Below are positions 34,071 to 43,708 of a DNA stretch of 43,870 nucleotides, piece by piece. Source of the stretch: Macrostomum lignano (taxonomy: Eukaryota). Under the pieces are notes generated by a model. That model saw nothing but the letters and a program-made list of their open reading frames with translations. It was not told where the DNA came from and did not search any database. Location of the stretch: assembly GCA_002269645.1 (NCBI GenBank), contig NIVC01002828.1:1-43870 (forward strand), read 5' to 3'. The translations under genes and the position numbers were made by a program. Each line of letters starts with the position of its first letter. Positions within the stretch are counted from its first letter, which is position 1.

Positions 34071-35500
34071 GTACTGTAAGCTTCAATTTAATCGCAGATA
34101 CGGAAATCAGACTTGTGAGACTGAAAATTTTTTTGTCTATGGTCGACACTTGTTGGCATAGCGGATTTCAATTTAATACTGGGGGATCAATTTGATCATT
34201 CTAATCATATAACGTTAGATATCCAGTGCTATAACACAAGTCGTTTACTTATCGTTGAGAAAAACTGAACACAAGAAACAAATAAACGCTTTAGCGCTGG
34301 ATGTCGTCGAGTCAAAAAAGTTTAGATGACTGGCTGTCTGGCGATGAAGGCTGGAATAAGCCTCAGCATCTGCCGGTACCAGCCTCCGCATTTTGCAACG
34401 GTCACTTCAAGGGTTGCGTCCTCTGCAAACCTATGTAGGACACGGATTTGCCACTCTCGTAGCGAATGACCATCAGGCGGAGTGTCGAGCTCTTCTAGCA
34501 ATGTGGTTTGATGGCTGCCTTCAGGCAGGCGTGCGCGTTCTTCACACGATTGAGGAATGGAGAGTATGGAGGCAATGTCACCAGGCGCCAAGCGGGCTGA
34601 AATTGATCTGGGATTGTCACTCCATGATGAAAACGGGCTCCATCCATGTTCACACAGAACTCCTCGCCATCAGGTACATCACCACGACTCGTCACGCTTT
34701 TAACCAGATCATTGATCAACGTCTGGAACCTGGCTGCCGTCATAGTTTCTCCGAGGATCATATGATGTACCAGGCCGAGATTAGGTGTAATTGCTTGCAT
34801 GAAGTTCACTTGCACTCCACGTTGCATGGTAACTTTAAGTCTAGCCTTCTTGCCCCTTATGCTGCGAACTTGAGTCCGACGTGTGTAGATGTTAAAACCT
34901 TCCCCTCGATGAAAATCAAGTGAATCTGAGGGGACAATCCAGTCGACCCCTGAGCAAACTCTTGCCGCAAAATTCGATTCTCTGCAGAATTTCTTGCGAT
35001 TGGAATGTCGGCATCTGGGCTAAGGCATTTTAGAGTGATGAGCTGCTCGTTTAACATTCGGCTTACAGTTGAGTCACATACGAGCGTACTTGCAACTCCA
35101 GATCGACTTCGCGAAGCTTAAGCTTCATTTCTCGCAAAGTTAGCTGAGGGTTTTCTTCGATTCATTACAGCAGTTGCTGCACATGAGCGTCAGTAAGTTT
35201 CACTTGACGAGCACCTCCTCGACTTAGTCGGTTCCGGCGACCAATGAGTTCGTACCGCCTTCGAATCGAGTAAACAGTATGGACTTTCACTAACAAGCTT
35301 GTTAAAAACCAGTTACGATGACAGTAAAAATGTGCATTGAATACATAAAGTGATCGAATTGATTCCCCCAGGATTAAATTGAGCTCCGCTATGCCAACGA
35401 GTGTCGACCATAGACAGAAAATTTTCAGTTTCGCAAGTCTGATTTCCGTATCTGCGATTAAATTGAAGCTTACAGTACCAACTAGGCCGCAAAAAAGGAA
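34071..35500 (-). mobile_element. IS630/Tc1-like element A, decayed transposase
   Basis: TIRs ...GTACTGTAAGCTTCAATTTAATCGCAG... The left end lacks the outer 25 bp or so. IEENPQLTLREM, MDGARFHH, LPPYSPFLN. Confidence 0.85.
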
Positions 35501-35763
35501 TATTTAGTGTGGTAGTTTGTAAAGCAGTTTCCGCGCTGCACTTTCTTGGCATGCACAAAATCTTTCGGTCTTCGGTCTTTCGGTCTACTTACAGTCACGA
35601 CTCGGATATGTGCCACATGTGTATGTAAATAGCTATAAGCTGGCTTGTCATGCCCCTCAGCTCTATATAACTCGTGCTGAAGATGAAGTCGAAGGCTACA
35701 AGCATAAGTCAACATGCAGCCATAGACATACTTACGCTATAATAGACATAATAAAATGAATAA

Positions 35764-35952
35764 TTAAGGCCTATAAGTTTTTTCTGCATGAGGCGTTTCC
35801 CGGATTCCCGCCCCCTTTTCTAGCTGTCCATGGGTTGTAAGCGATACTTTAGGCTTCGCCTGAAACCGTGCGTGCAGCCCTGCTTTGATCTCGACCAGAG
35901 TAATACTGGGATTTGCCTCAATCCTGTTCTCCATTGAGTCCCTAAGAACCAT
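35764..35952 (-). pseudogene. IS630/Tc1-like HTH fragment
   Basis: IEANPSITLVEIK...FQAKPKVS aligns with LEENPFLTLKEM...FPEKPQVS. Confidence 0.6.
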
Positions 35953-36962
35953 AGACTAAATAAAGAAGCTTGGAATTATAAAAAATATATTGTCAGCAGA
36001 TCAAATTGTCGTCTACATGACAGAACTCCAGTACAAACTGTCGATTCCTTTTTGCGGCCTAGTTGGTACTGTAAGCTTCAATTTAATCGCAGATACGGAA
36101 ATCAGACTTGCGAGACTGAAAATTTTCTGTCTATGGTCGACACTCGTTGGCATAGCGGAGCTCAATTTAATCCTGGGGGAATCAATTTGATCATTTTATG
36201 TATTCAATGCACATTTTTACTGTTATCGCAACTTGTTTTTAGCTTGTCTTTTACATCATATGATCCTCGGACAGACTATGACGGCAGTCAGGTTCCAGAC
36301 GTTCATCAATGATCTGGTGCAAAGCGTGAAGAGTCGTGATGTACCTGGATGGCGAGGAGTTAGTTCTGTGTGATCATTGATGGAGCCCGTTTTCATCATG
36401 GAGTGACAATCCCAGATCGATTTCAGCCCGCTTGGCGCCTCGTGACATTGCCTCCTTACTCGTCGTTCCTCAATCCTGTGGAGAACGCGCACACCTGCCT
36501 GAAGGCAGCCATCAAATCACATTGCTAGAAGAGCTCGACACTCCGCCTGATGGTCATTCGCTACGAGAGTGGCGAATCTTTGTCCTACATAGGTTTGCAG
36601 AGGACGCAACCCTTGAAGGGACCGTTGCAAAATGCGGAGGATGGTACCGGCAGATGCTGAGGTTTATTCCAGCCTTCATCGCCAGACAGCCAGTCATCTA
36701 AACTTTTTTGACTCGACGACATCCAGCGCCAAAGCGTTTATTTGTTTATTGTGTAGTTCTGTTTTCAGTTTTTGTCAACGATAAGTAAGCGAATTTTGTT
36801 TCAACACAGGATATCTAACGTTATATGATTAGAATGATCAAATTGATGCCCCCAGGATTAAATTGAACTCTGCTATGCCAACGAGTGTCGACCATAGACA
36901 AAAAATTTTCAGTCTCGCAAGCCTGATTTCCGTATCTGCGATTAAATTGAAAGCTTGCAGTA

Positions 36963-38616
36963 TCGCTTTTGACGCTCTAGATAAGACTTTAGACATTCAA
37001 AATAAGACTGCATAGGATCGCAAGCAAGGCCAGGCTAGCCACGGCCAGAGCATGCCCAGTCTTGGCTGCAGGAATGGCTTGGCCATAGACTAAAAAATGG
37101 AATATCAAAATGAGAATAAGACGCTCAATATGAGACCGGGAGTGAACGTAATTTATTTGCTTTTTGGCAGTCACCATACAAACAGCTAAGGAGAAATTAG
37201 GCAATAAACAAGAAGCAGAATAGCATATCGAAATGTTTAGTCCCTCACTGAAGTCAGCCTGGCGGACTGCGTTAGAAGGCCATTCGATTTAAGCACCTGC
37301 CAAAGTGCCTCTGACAGCGGAGTTCCCATCTGGCCGCCTTCTCAGCTGTGATGACGAGGCCGACTGCCTCCCGTGCAATCCGCTCCAGCAGCATGAAGCG
37401 CCACTCCTCTTGTGTGAAATCTGCAGGTGGAGCAGCCTCTTCCTCGACTAGCTCAGGGTTCGCCAGCATCTGGCGAATGCGCGCCTTGAGTGCTGAGTTC
37501 GCGAGCTCCACAGGATTGAGGAAATGCGAGTATGGTGGCAGAATCCTGATGGAGATCTGGTTCTGGAGCTGCTGAGGGACCCTCGCCGCACGATGAAAAT
37601 TTGGCCCATCCATCAGGATGACCCATTGGGCTCCCTGGTCCAATTGGTTGCATCGCTCGCACAGGGCGTCCACAAACTCTTGGAAGCGAGCAACGGTTTG
37701 TCCACCGCGGTAGACATTCGAGTGCAGGAGACCAAACTCAGTCGCAATCGCCATGCACACCGAGACATTTGGCCCGCGTTGCGTTGTCACAGTTCGCCGA
37801 ATAGGACGGCCTTTCAGCGCACGACCCTGAGAGCGCCTGGTCCAGAGATTGAACCCGGTCTCGTCCAAGAAGACAGTGCGAGTCTCTTGAGCCAAATTCA
37901 GCATGAACATGGCGTATTCGTGCCTGGCTTCGATATTTGCCTCAGAATTTGTCCTCATCCTCACGTCAGTGCCTTTGACAGCCAGCTTCACGGTGTGTAG
38001 CAGACCGTGCAGCATTCGGTCCACGCACTTGTAGCTGACTTGCGGCTTTTCCGGAAACTGCGTAGCCAGACGTGAGGACATTTCCTTGAGTGTGAGGAAG
38101 GGATTTTCCTCCAGCGTCTCAGTCAGGAAGTCTCTCATCTCGTTGTCAGCCTTGCAATTTTCTTCTCTCCGACCGCCACGAGGTAGGGATTCAACTCTGC
38201 CATGGAGGCGGAACTCCGCAGCGATCCTAAAGGCGGACGCTCTCTTGATCTTGAAATTTGAGCGGCAGCTAGGATGGTTGATCCATTGTTTACTGCGTCG
38301 ATCAGACGCTGACGGTCTGCTGCAGGAATCGATGATGCCATCACAGTGAAATCCAAGGGGTCAGATGCAACCCAAGGGGTGAAGAAGGAGAGCTGGCTGA
38401 GGGTCAGAGGGTTAGAGCGATATCTGAAGGCTTTCACACTCAGTCTCATATTGAGCGTCTTATTCTCATTTTGATATTCCATTTTTTAGTCTATGGCCAA
38501 GCCATTCCTGCAGCCAAGACTGGGCATGCTCTGGCCGTGGCTAGCCTGGCCTTGCTTGCGATCCTATGCAGTCTTATTTTGAATGTCTAAAGTCTTATCT
38601 AGAGCGTCAAAAGCGA
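36963..38616 (-). mobile_element. Young IS630/Tc1-like element, 1654 bp, about 175-bp near-perfect TIRs
   Basis: TIR TCGCTTTTGACGCTCTAG. TA TSD at 36961-62 and 38617-18. The empty site is reconstructable from 35470-35490. Confidence 0.95.
37272..38341 (-). pseudogene. IS630/Tc1-like DD33E transposase, about 356 aa, one 1-bp frameshift near 38255
   Basis: N-terminal HTH, LPRGGRR linker, VFLDETGFN, ILMDGPNFH, LPPYSHFLNPVE. 33 residues between the second D and E. Confidence 0.9.
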
Positions 38617-38882
38617 TACCAACTAGGCCGCAAAAAGGACTATTCATCCAGCAAAACGCTGAAGACTTTAACGAACGTGTAAAACAAAACTATTGTAAAC
38701 AAGAGTAACGGAGGGAGGGAGTGTCTCTTTCAAGGGAGCCATTGCGGTTTAGTCATTTATGTCATCCGTCAGTGGCCTGAAAGCCTTAAGTCGTTGCTTG
38801 TTGCTTGTTGCAGATGGAGGTCACATCAAGACAAGATTTCTGTTCTGACGGCTGCTAAAGTCTGACTATAGAATCAATCAGA

Positions 38883-39165
38883 CTATTCACACGTATACGC
38901 GCATAAAACAGTCTTGATGAACGGCTTCGCTTCACCAGTTTTGTCTAAGATCTTCACGGGCGTTTTCACGCATCCTAAGATTTCGTTGATCTTGGAGTTG
39001 TCGTAGTTTGGTAGCGCCGATTCTGCCAGTCTTTGCAGATCTAATATCCGGATGGTTGAGACCTCTGCGGCAGTGTCTAGTAGTGCTGTGCATGTTCCAT
39101 TTTTTCCGGTATCGCCACAAGAACAGATGGTACACCATTTTACCCTCGCTTTTGAACAAACTCCG
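38883..39165 (-). pseudogene. Retropepsin-like aspartic protease remnant
   Basis: Frame not shown in the ORF track reads GTCTALLDTAAEVSTI, close to the ALLDTGAxVSxI signature. Confidence 0.55.
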
Positions 39166-39391
39166 TTTCACTTTAGACAGCCGGAACTTCAGTTTAGACA
39201 CTTTTAGACTGGAGCCCCGAATCTACATTCACTATCGACAAACTCCGTTTCAGTATCGACAGCTAAGCTTTGTGGTGCTACACTTCTATCTATTTATATA
39301 GGCAAGTAAGGAAACGCACATCCAAATCTAGGCGAAACTCCCTTTCACTTTCGATGAAGAGTTTAAGAGTGGTGATCAGTCACTCAAAAAC

Positions 39392-39407
39392 TCCCACTTC
39401 TAGACAC
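39392..39407 (-). other. Primer-binding-site-like sequence (tRNA-Leu type)
   Basis: Minus strand GTGTCTAGAAGTGGGA versus the recalled Gypsy Leu PBS TGGTGTCAGAAGTGGGAT, one inserted base. Confidence 0.5.
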
Positions 39408-39409
39408 GG

Positions 39410-40279
39410 GGGAACAAGTGCCTAGGTATTTATCTGTTCAAATAACTTACTTCAGCGGATCCTCTTGGGGTCGGCAGCCGGTGGAGTTCTGTGGCGCGTC
39501 GGGATAGCAAGCTTGCTGAGCGGTTACGGCGACCGGTTCCGGTGAACAACTGTTTTTCTTTGGTGTCCTTAACTTTATCTGTGGGTCGACCAAACGAGAG
39601 CGAATCAGAACTTCTTAACGGTCCTCGAGCTCGGAATTAACAGTAGAACGTGCGCCCTAATGAACAATCGAATTCTCTAAGTTTCTGTGATAGGTCCTCC
39701 TGAAGGGCGTCTTCTTCGTTACGTCCGAAACGTAACGGATAACTCAAATCAAATCAATAATCCTCTAGGAATATATCCTAGGAAACAAGGAGGCCTTTCT
39801 CAAATGTGTCGACAATAAACGGCTCTCGTAAACTCAATAATTCAACTTACTATCACTAACAATCAAAGAAATGAATCCGGTAAACGCTTACCAATTGTAC
39901 AAGTGTGGTCCCTCAGAGATTGGTCTTCTTCTTTGTTCCTTCAGAGTCTTCTTAGAGACCGCTCTGAGTCTGAATTTTTGACTTGAATTTTCACTTATAT
40001 TTATAGCAAAATTTTGGAGAAAAACCGGTTTGGGATTGGGTATTTACTTAGGTCAAAAATGTTTGATTAAGCGGTCATGCATGTTTGAGCATTACCATAT
40101 ATGGAGTTAAACAAATACAGCTGTTGAAATCCGGTTCCTTGATCAAACAATGTAGGGTTCTAAATCATTCTGTTTGCGCGTGATTCCTAAAATAGATATG
40201 ACTCATTTTGAAAGAAATTGACTTCCTTAGAATATTACTTTAAGTAGAGCATTACGGTATGGTCTAATAACTCTCTACA
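39410..40279 (-). repeat. LTR of a Ty3/Gypsy-type element (left boundary approximate)
   Basis: Begins TGT just after the PPT. Contains promoter motifs and a splice donor. PBS-like site follows. No clean terminal CA seen. Confidence 0.7.
39998..40205 (-). promoter_or_regulatory. LTR U3 promoter: AP-1 site, CArG box, TATA box
   Basis: TGACTCA at 40199-40205, CCATATATGG at 40095-40104, TATAAATA (minus) at 39998-40005, in the expected order for minus-strand transcription. Confidence 0.55.
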
Positions 40280-40282
40280 ATA

Positions 40283-40313
40283 TCTCCCCTTTTCACGAAA
40301 AATTCGTCCCGAA
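40283..40313 (-). other. Polypurine tract
   Basis: Minus strand TTCGGGACGAATTTTTCGTGAAAAGGGGAGATAT-TGT, the usual Gypsy pre-LTR configuration. Confidence 0.8.
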
Positions 40314-40472
40314 TTTTAAAGTTAAAGCGGTGAAGTGGGGTTTTATCTTCTAATAAACATGAAAATGTATTTAAGGATTAGAAATTTTGAACCAGTAGTA
40401 GTATAGTAGATGGATAGGTAGATAGGTAGGTCACATTGTTATTGTGTTGCTTGGCAGGATGCATTGTTATTG

Positions 40473-41072
40473 TTAATAGGAAAGCGTATTATTCAGTATA
40501 TCGTTTACTTTGGTTGTCAATCTCGCGAGTGGCCACAGTAAGTGCTGTATCGGCGTAAATTGTGTTGATTCGGTGGCGTTGAGGAATTCCAGGTAGATCT
40601 CTTCAGTTGTACTCGTAGTATTTATTGGATGCGCCGCATATTGACGTACCAAGTCAAAAAGATATTCCAAATGGTCTCTCTTGTTGAATGGTATTGGCCA
40701 GGTTCGTATAGCTGTTGCTAGTTCCTTGGCCGTCATACTGTCCATGGTCTCCTTTGTAAGTTGGATCTTTGGTAATGTTGTTGTTCCGGCGTAAATTTCC
40801 TTAGATATTGGCGCTGCACAAGTTATGCAATGCTTATAGTCGCGGCACCGAATTTTTAGAGCACAATCTCGGCAGACCCAGTGTCCGTTGGCGCACATCC
40901 TTTGTTGCGGTGTTGTATTGCATACCTGGCACAGGGTAGGTGGTGCGCGGCATAGCGGGCATTTGTCTATTCTATCCGTTGTGCAGCAGTTATAGCAGAA
41001 CTTATGCCCATGCTGACAGTAGACATACTGTTCAGTGTCTTCATAACAAACAATGCACTCGTCGCTATCCAT
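40473..41072 (-). CDS. Double RING-finger protein 2, 199 aa, putative E3 ubiquitin ligase
   Basis: C6-C9-C19-H23-C26-C29-C38-C41 and C48-C51-C60-H64-C67-C70-C82-C85. Intact ATG to TAA. Confidence 0.85.
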   Translation of the reverse strand: MDSDECIVCYEDTEQYVYCQHGHKFCYNCCTTDRIDKCPLCRAPPTLCQVCNTTPQQRMCANGHWVCRDCALKIRCRDYKHCITCAAPISKEIYAGTTTLPKIQLTKETMDSMTAKELATAIRTWPIPFNKRDHLEYLFDLVRQYAAHPINTTSTTEEIYLEFLNATESTQFTPIQHLLWPLARLTTKVNDILNNTLSY

Positions 41073-41144
41073 GTCTGAAAATGGTCAATTTGATAAGTAA
41101 TATCTGTGCAAGAATGGTTGCAATATCTGTGGGTGCATGGTATT

Positions 41145-41795
41145 TTAATCAATTTCTGAAGCGGAACTATTATAGTCATATGATTCTTGGGGTGGTAATA
41201 TATAAGACAAGTCCTCATTACGCAGAATGAGTGCAGGTAGAGCTGTACAGAGGATGGGGCATGGGTGAAAATTCATATCGTTAACAATTTTAAACAGCTT
41301 ATGTTCAATTTCTTGTGGAGATAATTGCCGGAGTCTAGAACCGTAGGAAGAGGAATAGCGAACGAGGTATTTACGTGTTTTATGAGCAGCACGTGGTATG
41401 GGCCATGATCTGAGGCGGATAATTATAGCATGTGATGGAAAAAGAGCATAAGTGAATGGGTGAAGCTGTAGGTTGTAGTCCGCTTGAATGCATGCAAGTT
41501 TGTTGTTAACTTTAGGTAAAGGGGTGGCATCGCATATAGGACACTGACAAATGGAGCGATAAGCAAGCTTCTTAATACATTGTGTGCACATAAAATGTTG
41601 ATTTAAGCAATATTGTTCAGTGCGCCAGGAGTTGCATATCATGCATTGACGGAGATTACCTCGACACATAGGGCAATTTTTTAAAGGTTTTTTGTAATGT
41701 GCAAGGCTTAAGCAAGAACCACACACCTGGTGTCTATTGACACATATACAAGGTAGTTTACATGAAAATTCTCCGAGACAGATAGGACAATCCAT
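41145..41795 (-). CDS. Double RING-finger protein 1, 216 aa, putative E3 ubiquitin ligase
   Basis: C3-C6-C18-H22-C25-C28-C41-C44 and C51-C54-C63-H67-C70-C73-C85-C88. Intact ATG to TAA. Confidence 0.85.
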   Translation of the reverse strand: MDCPICLGEFSCKLPCICVNRHQVCGSCLSLAHYKKPLKNCPMCRGNLRQCMICNSWRTEQYCLNQHFMCTQCIKKLAYRSICQCPICDATPLPKVNNKLACIQADYNLQLHPFTYALFPSHAIIIRLRSWPIPRAAHKTRKYLVRYSSSYGSRLRQLSPQEIEHKLFKIVNDMNFHPCPILCTALPALILRNEDLSYILPPQESYDYNSSASEID

Positions 41796-41926
41796 TGTCG
41801 TGTTTGTCGTAGTTGTGTGAGCGTTTGTAGGAAAACAAGGATTTAGTCGCCTCTTACGACAAGCTTGAGGAAGCTGTAGTGCTATTCTTTATCCCGGTCA
41901 CTACACGGGGACATGAAGCGAATAAT

Positions 41927-43708
41927 TTAACGAGGTCTTAGGTTGTACGTATGACCGACAGGTGGTGCGTTTGTTGTTTGTGTTTCGGCGTGTGCAGTGG
42001 CAATGTGTTTATTTGTTGTTTTTGTGTGGTCTGGATTTTGTAGGTCTGGGAGGAATGTAGTGTCGTTAGTGATACGTTTTAGACGTTGAATGTGAACATA
42101 GAACTGAGGTTGATGTGGATCCTGGATATTAGCGAGGCGTGCTGATACTAGAGAAGGCTTAGGTAGGTCTCGCTTATGTCGTTCTATGACATCTTTTCTC
42201 TGATAGGTTCCATTTACTACCTTCAGGAAAACATTCTTATCCATATCCTTAAGCGCGATTGGTATTTCTTGGTCGGAGAGGATTAGTTGCTCGTCCTTGT
42301 TTTTACATTTCAAGTGTGTGTAGCTTGGTTGCTTTGGAAATGTAAGAGCCAAATCTCCTGAGTCGGCAAGGAAGGTGTTAGATAGCAGTTTCCCTTGAAC
42401 AGTGTGATATTTTTGCAGCTTGCAGTCAATTTCAGTTTTTACTTCCCATGCAGTGAAATATTTGCGGGTTCGGCTGGGCTCCTCATATCGGGAATCCGAT
42501 CTATATTCAATTTGGTATCGATAGTCATGGAAATAAATCGGTGCTAGGGGTAAATTTTGAGCTTCTTCTTTGTTGTAGTTAGGGGTAGAACAATATCCAG
42601 AGCTGTAGTGACACTGGTCGAGTGGTAGCTGTAAGGATTCCATGTTGTCAAATGGATTGTGGTAGAATAAAACATTTCGGATGAGGTAGCTATTGTAGAC
42701 TGAGTATGTAGGCCATCGTGATTGATGATAATGGACATATCTTCCATCGGCTACATTTTTTGTGCGAAATAGCTGTGCTCCGCTGGCGGACGTCTCATGA
42801 AGTTTTAATTGACCATCTTCGGAAAACAGAGTTTGATTCCACCGAAGGCATTCTTCTTGTGATACCATCATCGAAGTTTGCCAATACCTGATTCGGTTCC
42901 ATTGTACCAGCCAAACCTTTTCAATTTCATCCTTGTCTCGGAAGCACACAATTCCCATTTGTCGATGCTTCTTTGTATTTGCTTTGTATATTTCAATAGT
43001 TAGTGGTAGTGGCTTGGTTTGGTTTGTCTTAAAGTAACTGCATTTGATTTCCGTAGGAATCTTGTAAATGACTGGCTGGATGTCTCCATCAGTGGGACAG
43101 ATCATTGGAGATGGAGACGGCAGTACCGTGGGAACAATTGCCATCATCAAGATCGTGAGGAAGCATTGCAGTAGCGGATGTTTTTTCTTTCGTCTTGTTG
43201 GTACTGGTGGAGTGTCTTCAATCTCGTCATGACTATCTTCAGGATACGGCGGAGGAGTAAGGCGAGTCGAAAAGTGCCATTTGTTGGAACATGGTAATGG
43301 TGTGGGTGGCTGCGATTGCAACATCGGACGCATAAAGTTGGTTGATTTTGATATATTGGTAAGATGTGTAGTTGTATTCTCATCAGTTGGAGTGTTAACC
43401 GGTTCCATTATTGTTATCGGTTCATCATATTCGCTTTCATAGTCTAGGTTCATTGAAACATATGTGTCATCCTCCGTCTGTACGAACTTTTCATCTGTCG
43501 AATGGTTAGATTGTGTGTTCGTGGCCTTGTCATGTTTCCATTTTTCGTGGACTGGACTAGGGGAGACAATATTTTCATAGTCTGGTTCCTGTGTTGGAGG
43601 TGTTTCTGACAGGTCTATATCGTCGACTAGGACCTGCAACATGTCAACGCTTTCTTCAAAGATGTTTTGAGAAGTTGCTGGATCTCTGTCTTCTTCAAGT
43701 GTTGTCAT
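41927..43708 (-). CDS. env-like glycoprotein of an LTR retroelement, 593 aa, no C-terminal transmembrane anchor
   Basis: Acidic P/T-rich N-terminus, RRKKK plus hydrophobic segment (aa 179-196), Cys-containing ectodomain starting PMICPT...YKIP...C, furin-type RHKR and RLKR, terminal HTYNLRPR. Lies upstream of the PPT/LTR. Confidence 0.7.
   Translation of the reverse strand: MTTLEEDRDPATSQNIFEESVDMLQVLVDDIDLSETPPTQEPDYENIVSPSPVHEKWKHDKATNTQSNHSTDEKFVQTEDDTYVSMNLDYESEYDEPITIMEPVNTPTDENTTTHLTNISKSTNFMRPMLQSQPPTPLPCSNKWHFSTRLTPPPYPEDSHDEIEDTPPVPTRRKKKHPLLQCFLTILMMAIVPTVLPSPSPMICPTDGDIQPVIYKIPTEIKCSYFKTNQTKPLPLTIEIYKANTKKHRQMGIVCFRDKDEIEKVWLVQWNRIRYWQTSMMVSQEECLRWNQTLFSEDGQLKLHETSASGAQLFRTKNVADGRYVHYHQSRWPTYSVYNSYLIRNVLFYHNPFDNMESLQLPLDQCHYSSGYCSTPNYNKEEAQNLPLAPIYFHDYRYQIEYRSDSRYEEPSRTRKYFTAWEVKTEIDCKLQKYHTVQGKLLSNTFLADSGDLALTFPKQPSYTHLKCKNKDEQLILSDQEIPIALKDMDKNVFLKVVNGTYQRKDVIERHKRDLPKPSLVSARLANIQDPHQPQFYVHIQRLKRITNDTTFLPDLQNPDHTKTTNKHIATAHAETQTTNAPPVGHTYNLRPR

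Larger units (their letters stand above)
36045..38639 (+). mobile_element. IS630/Tc1-like element B, internally deleted inverted relative of A, right TIR interrupted
   Basis: TIR TTCCTTTTTGCGGCCTAGTTGGTACTGTAAG. Interior 36260-36800 is the reverse complement of 34230-34760 with mismatches. Confidence 0.85.

Noticed and set aside
31806-38349. Plus-strand ORFs 31806..32282, 34393..34923, 37524..38000
   Set aside because: Antisense shadows of Myb-like and transposase ORFs.
25260-38639. Bacterial contamination suggested by IS630-like proteins
   Set aside because: They are interleaved by exact TSDs with Harbinger, Crypton and P/hAT elements and contiguous with an intron-containing gene.
38932-39201. 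89-aa ORF listed in the track
   Set aside because: No motif. An alternative frame carries the protease-like signature.
40473-43708. Endogenous baculovirus, nudivirus or rhabdovirus segment
   Set aside because: No viral core genes, and the adjacent PPT and LTR point to a retroelement. An ultimate viral origin of the individual genes is not excluded.
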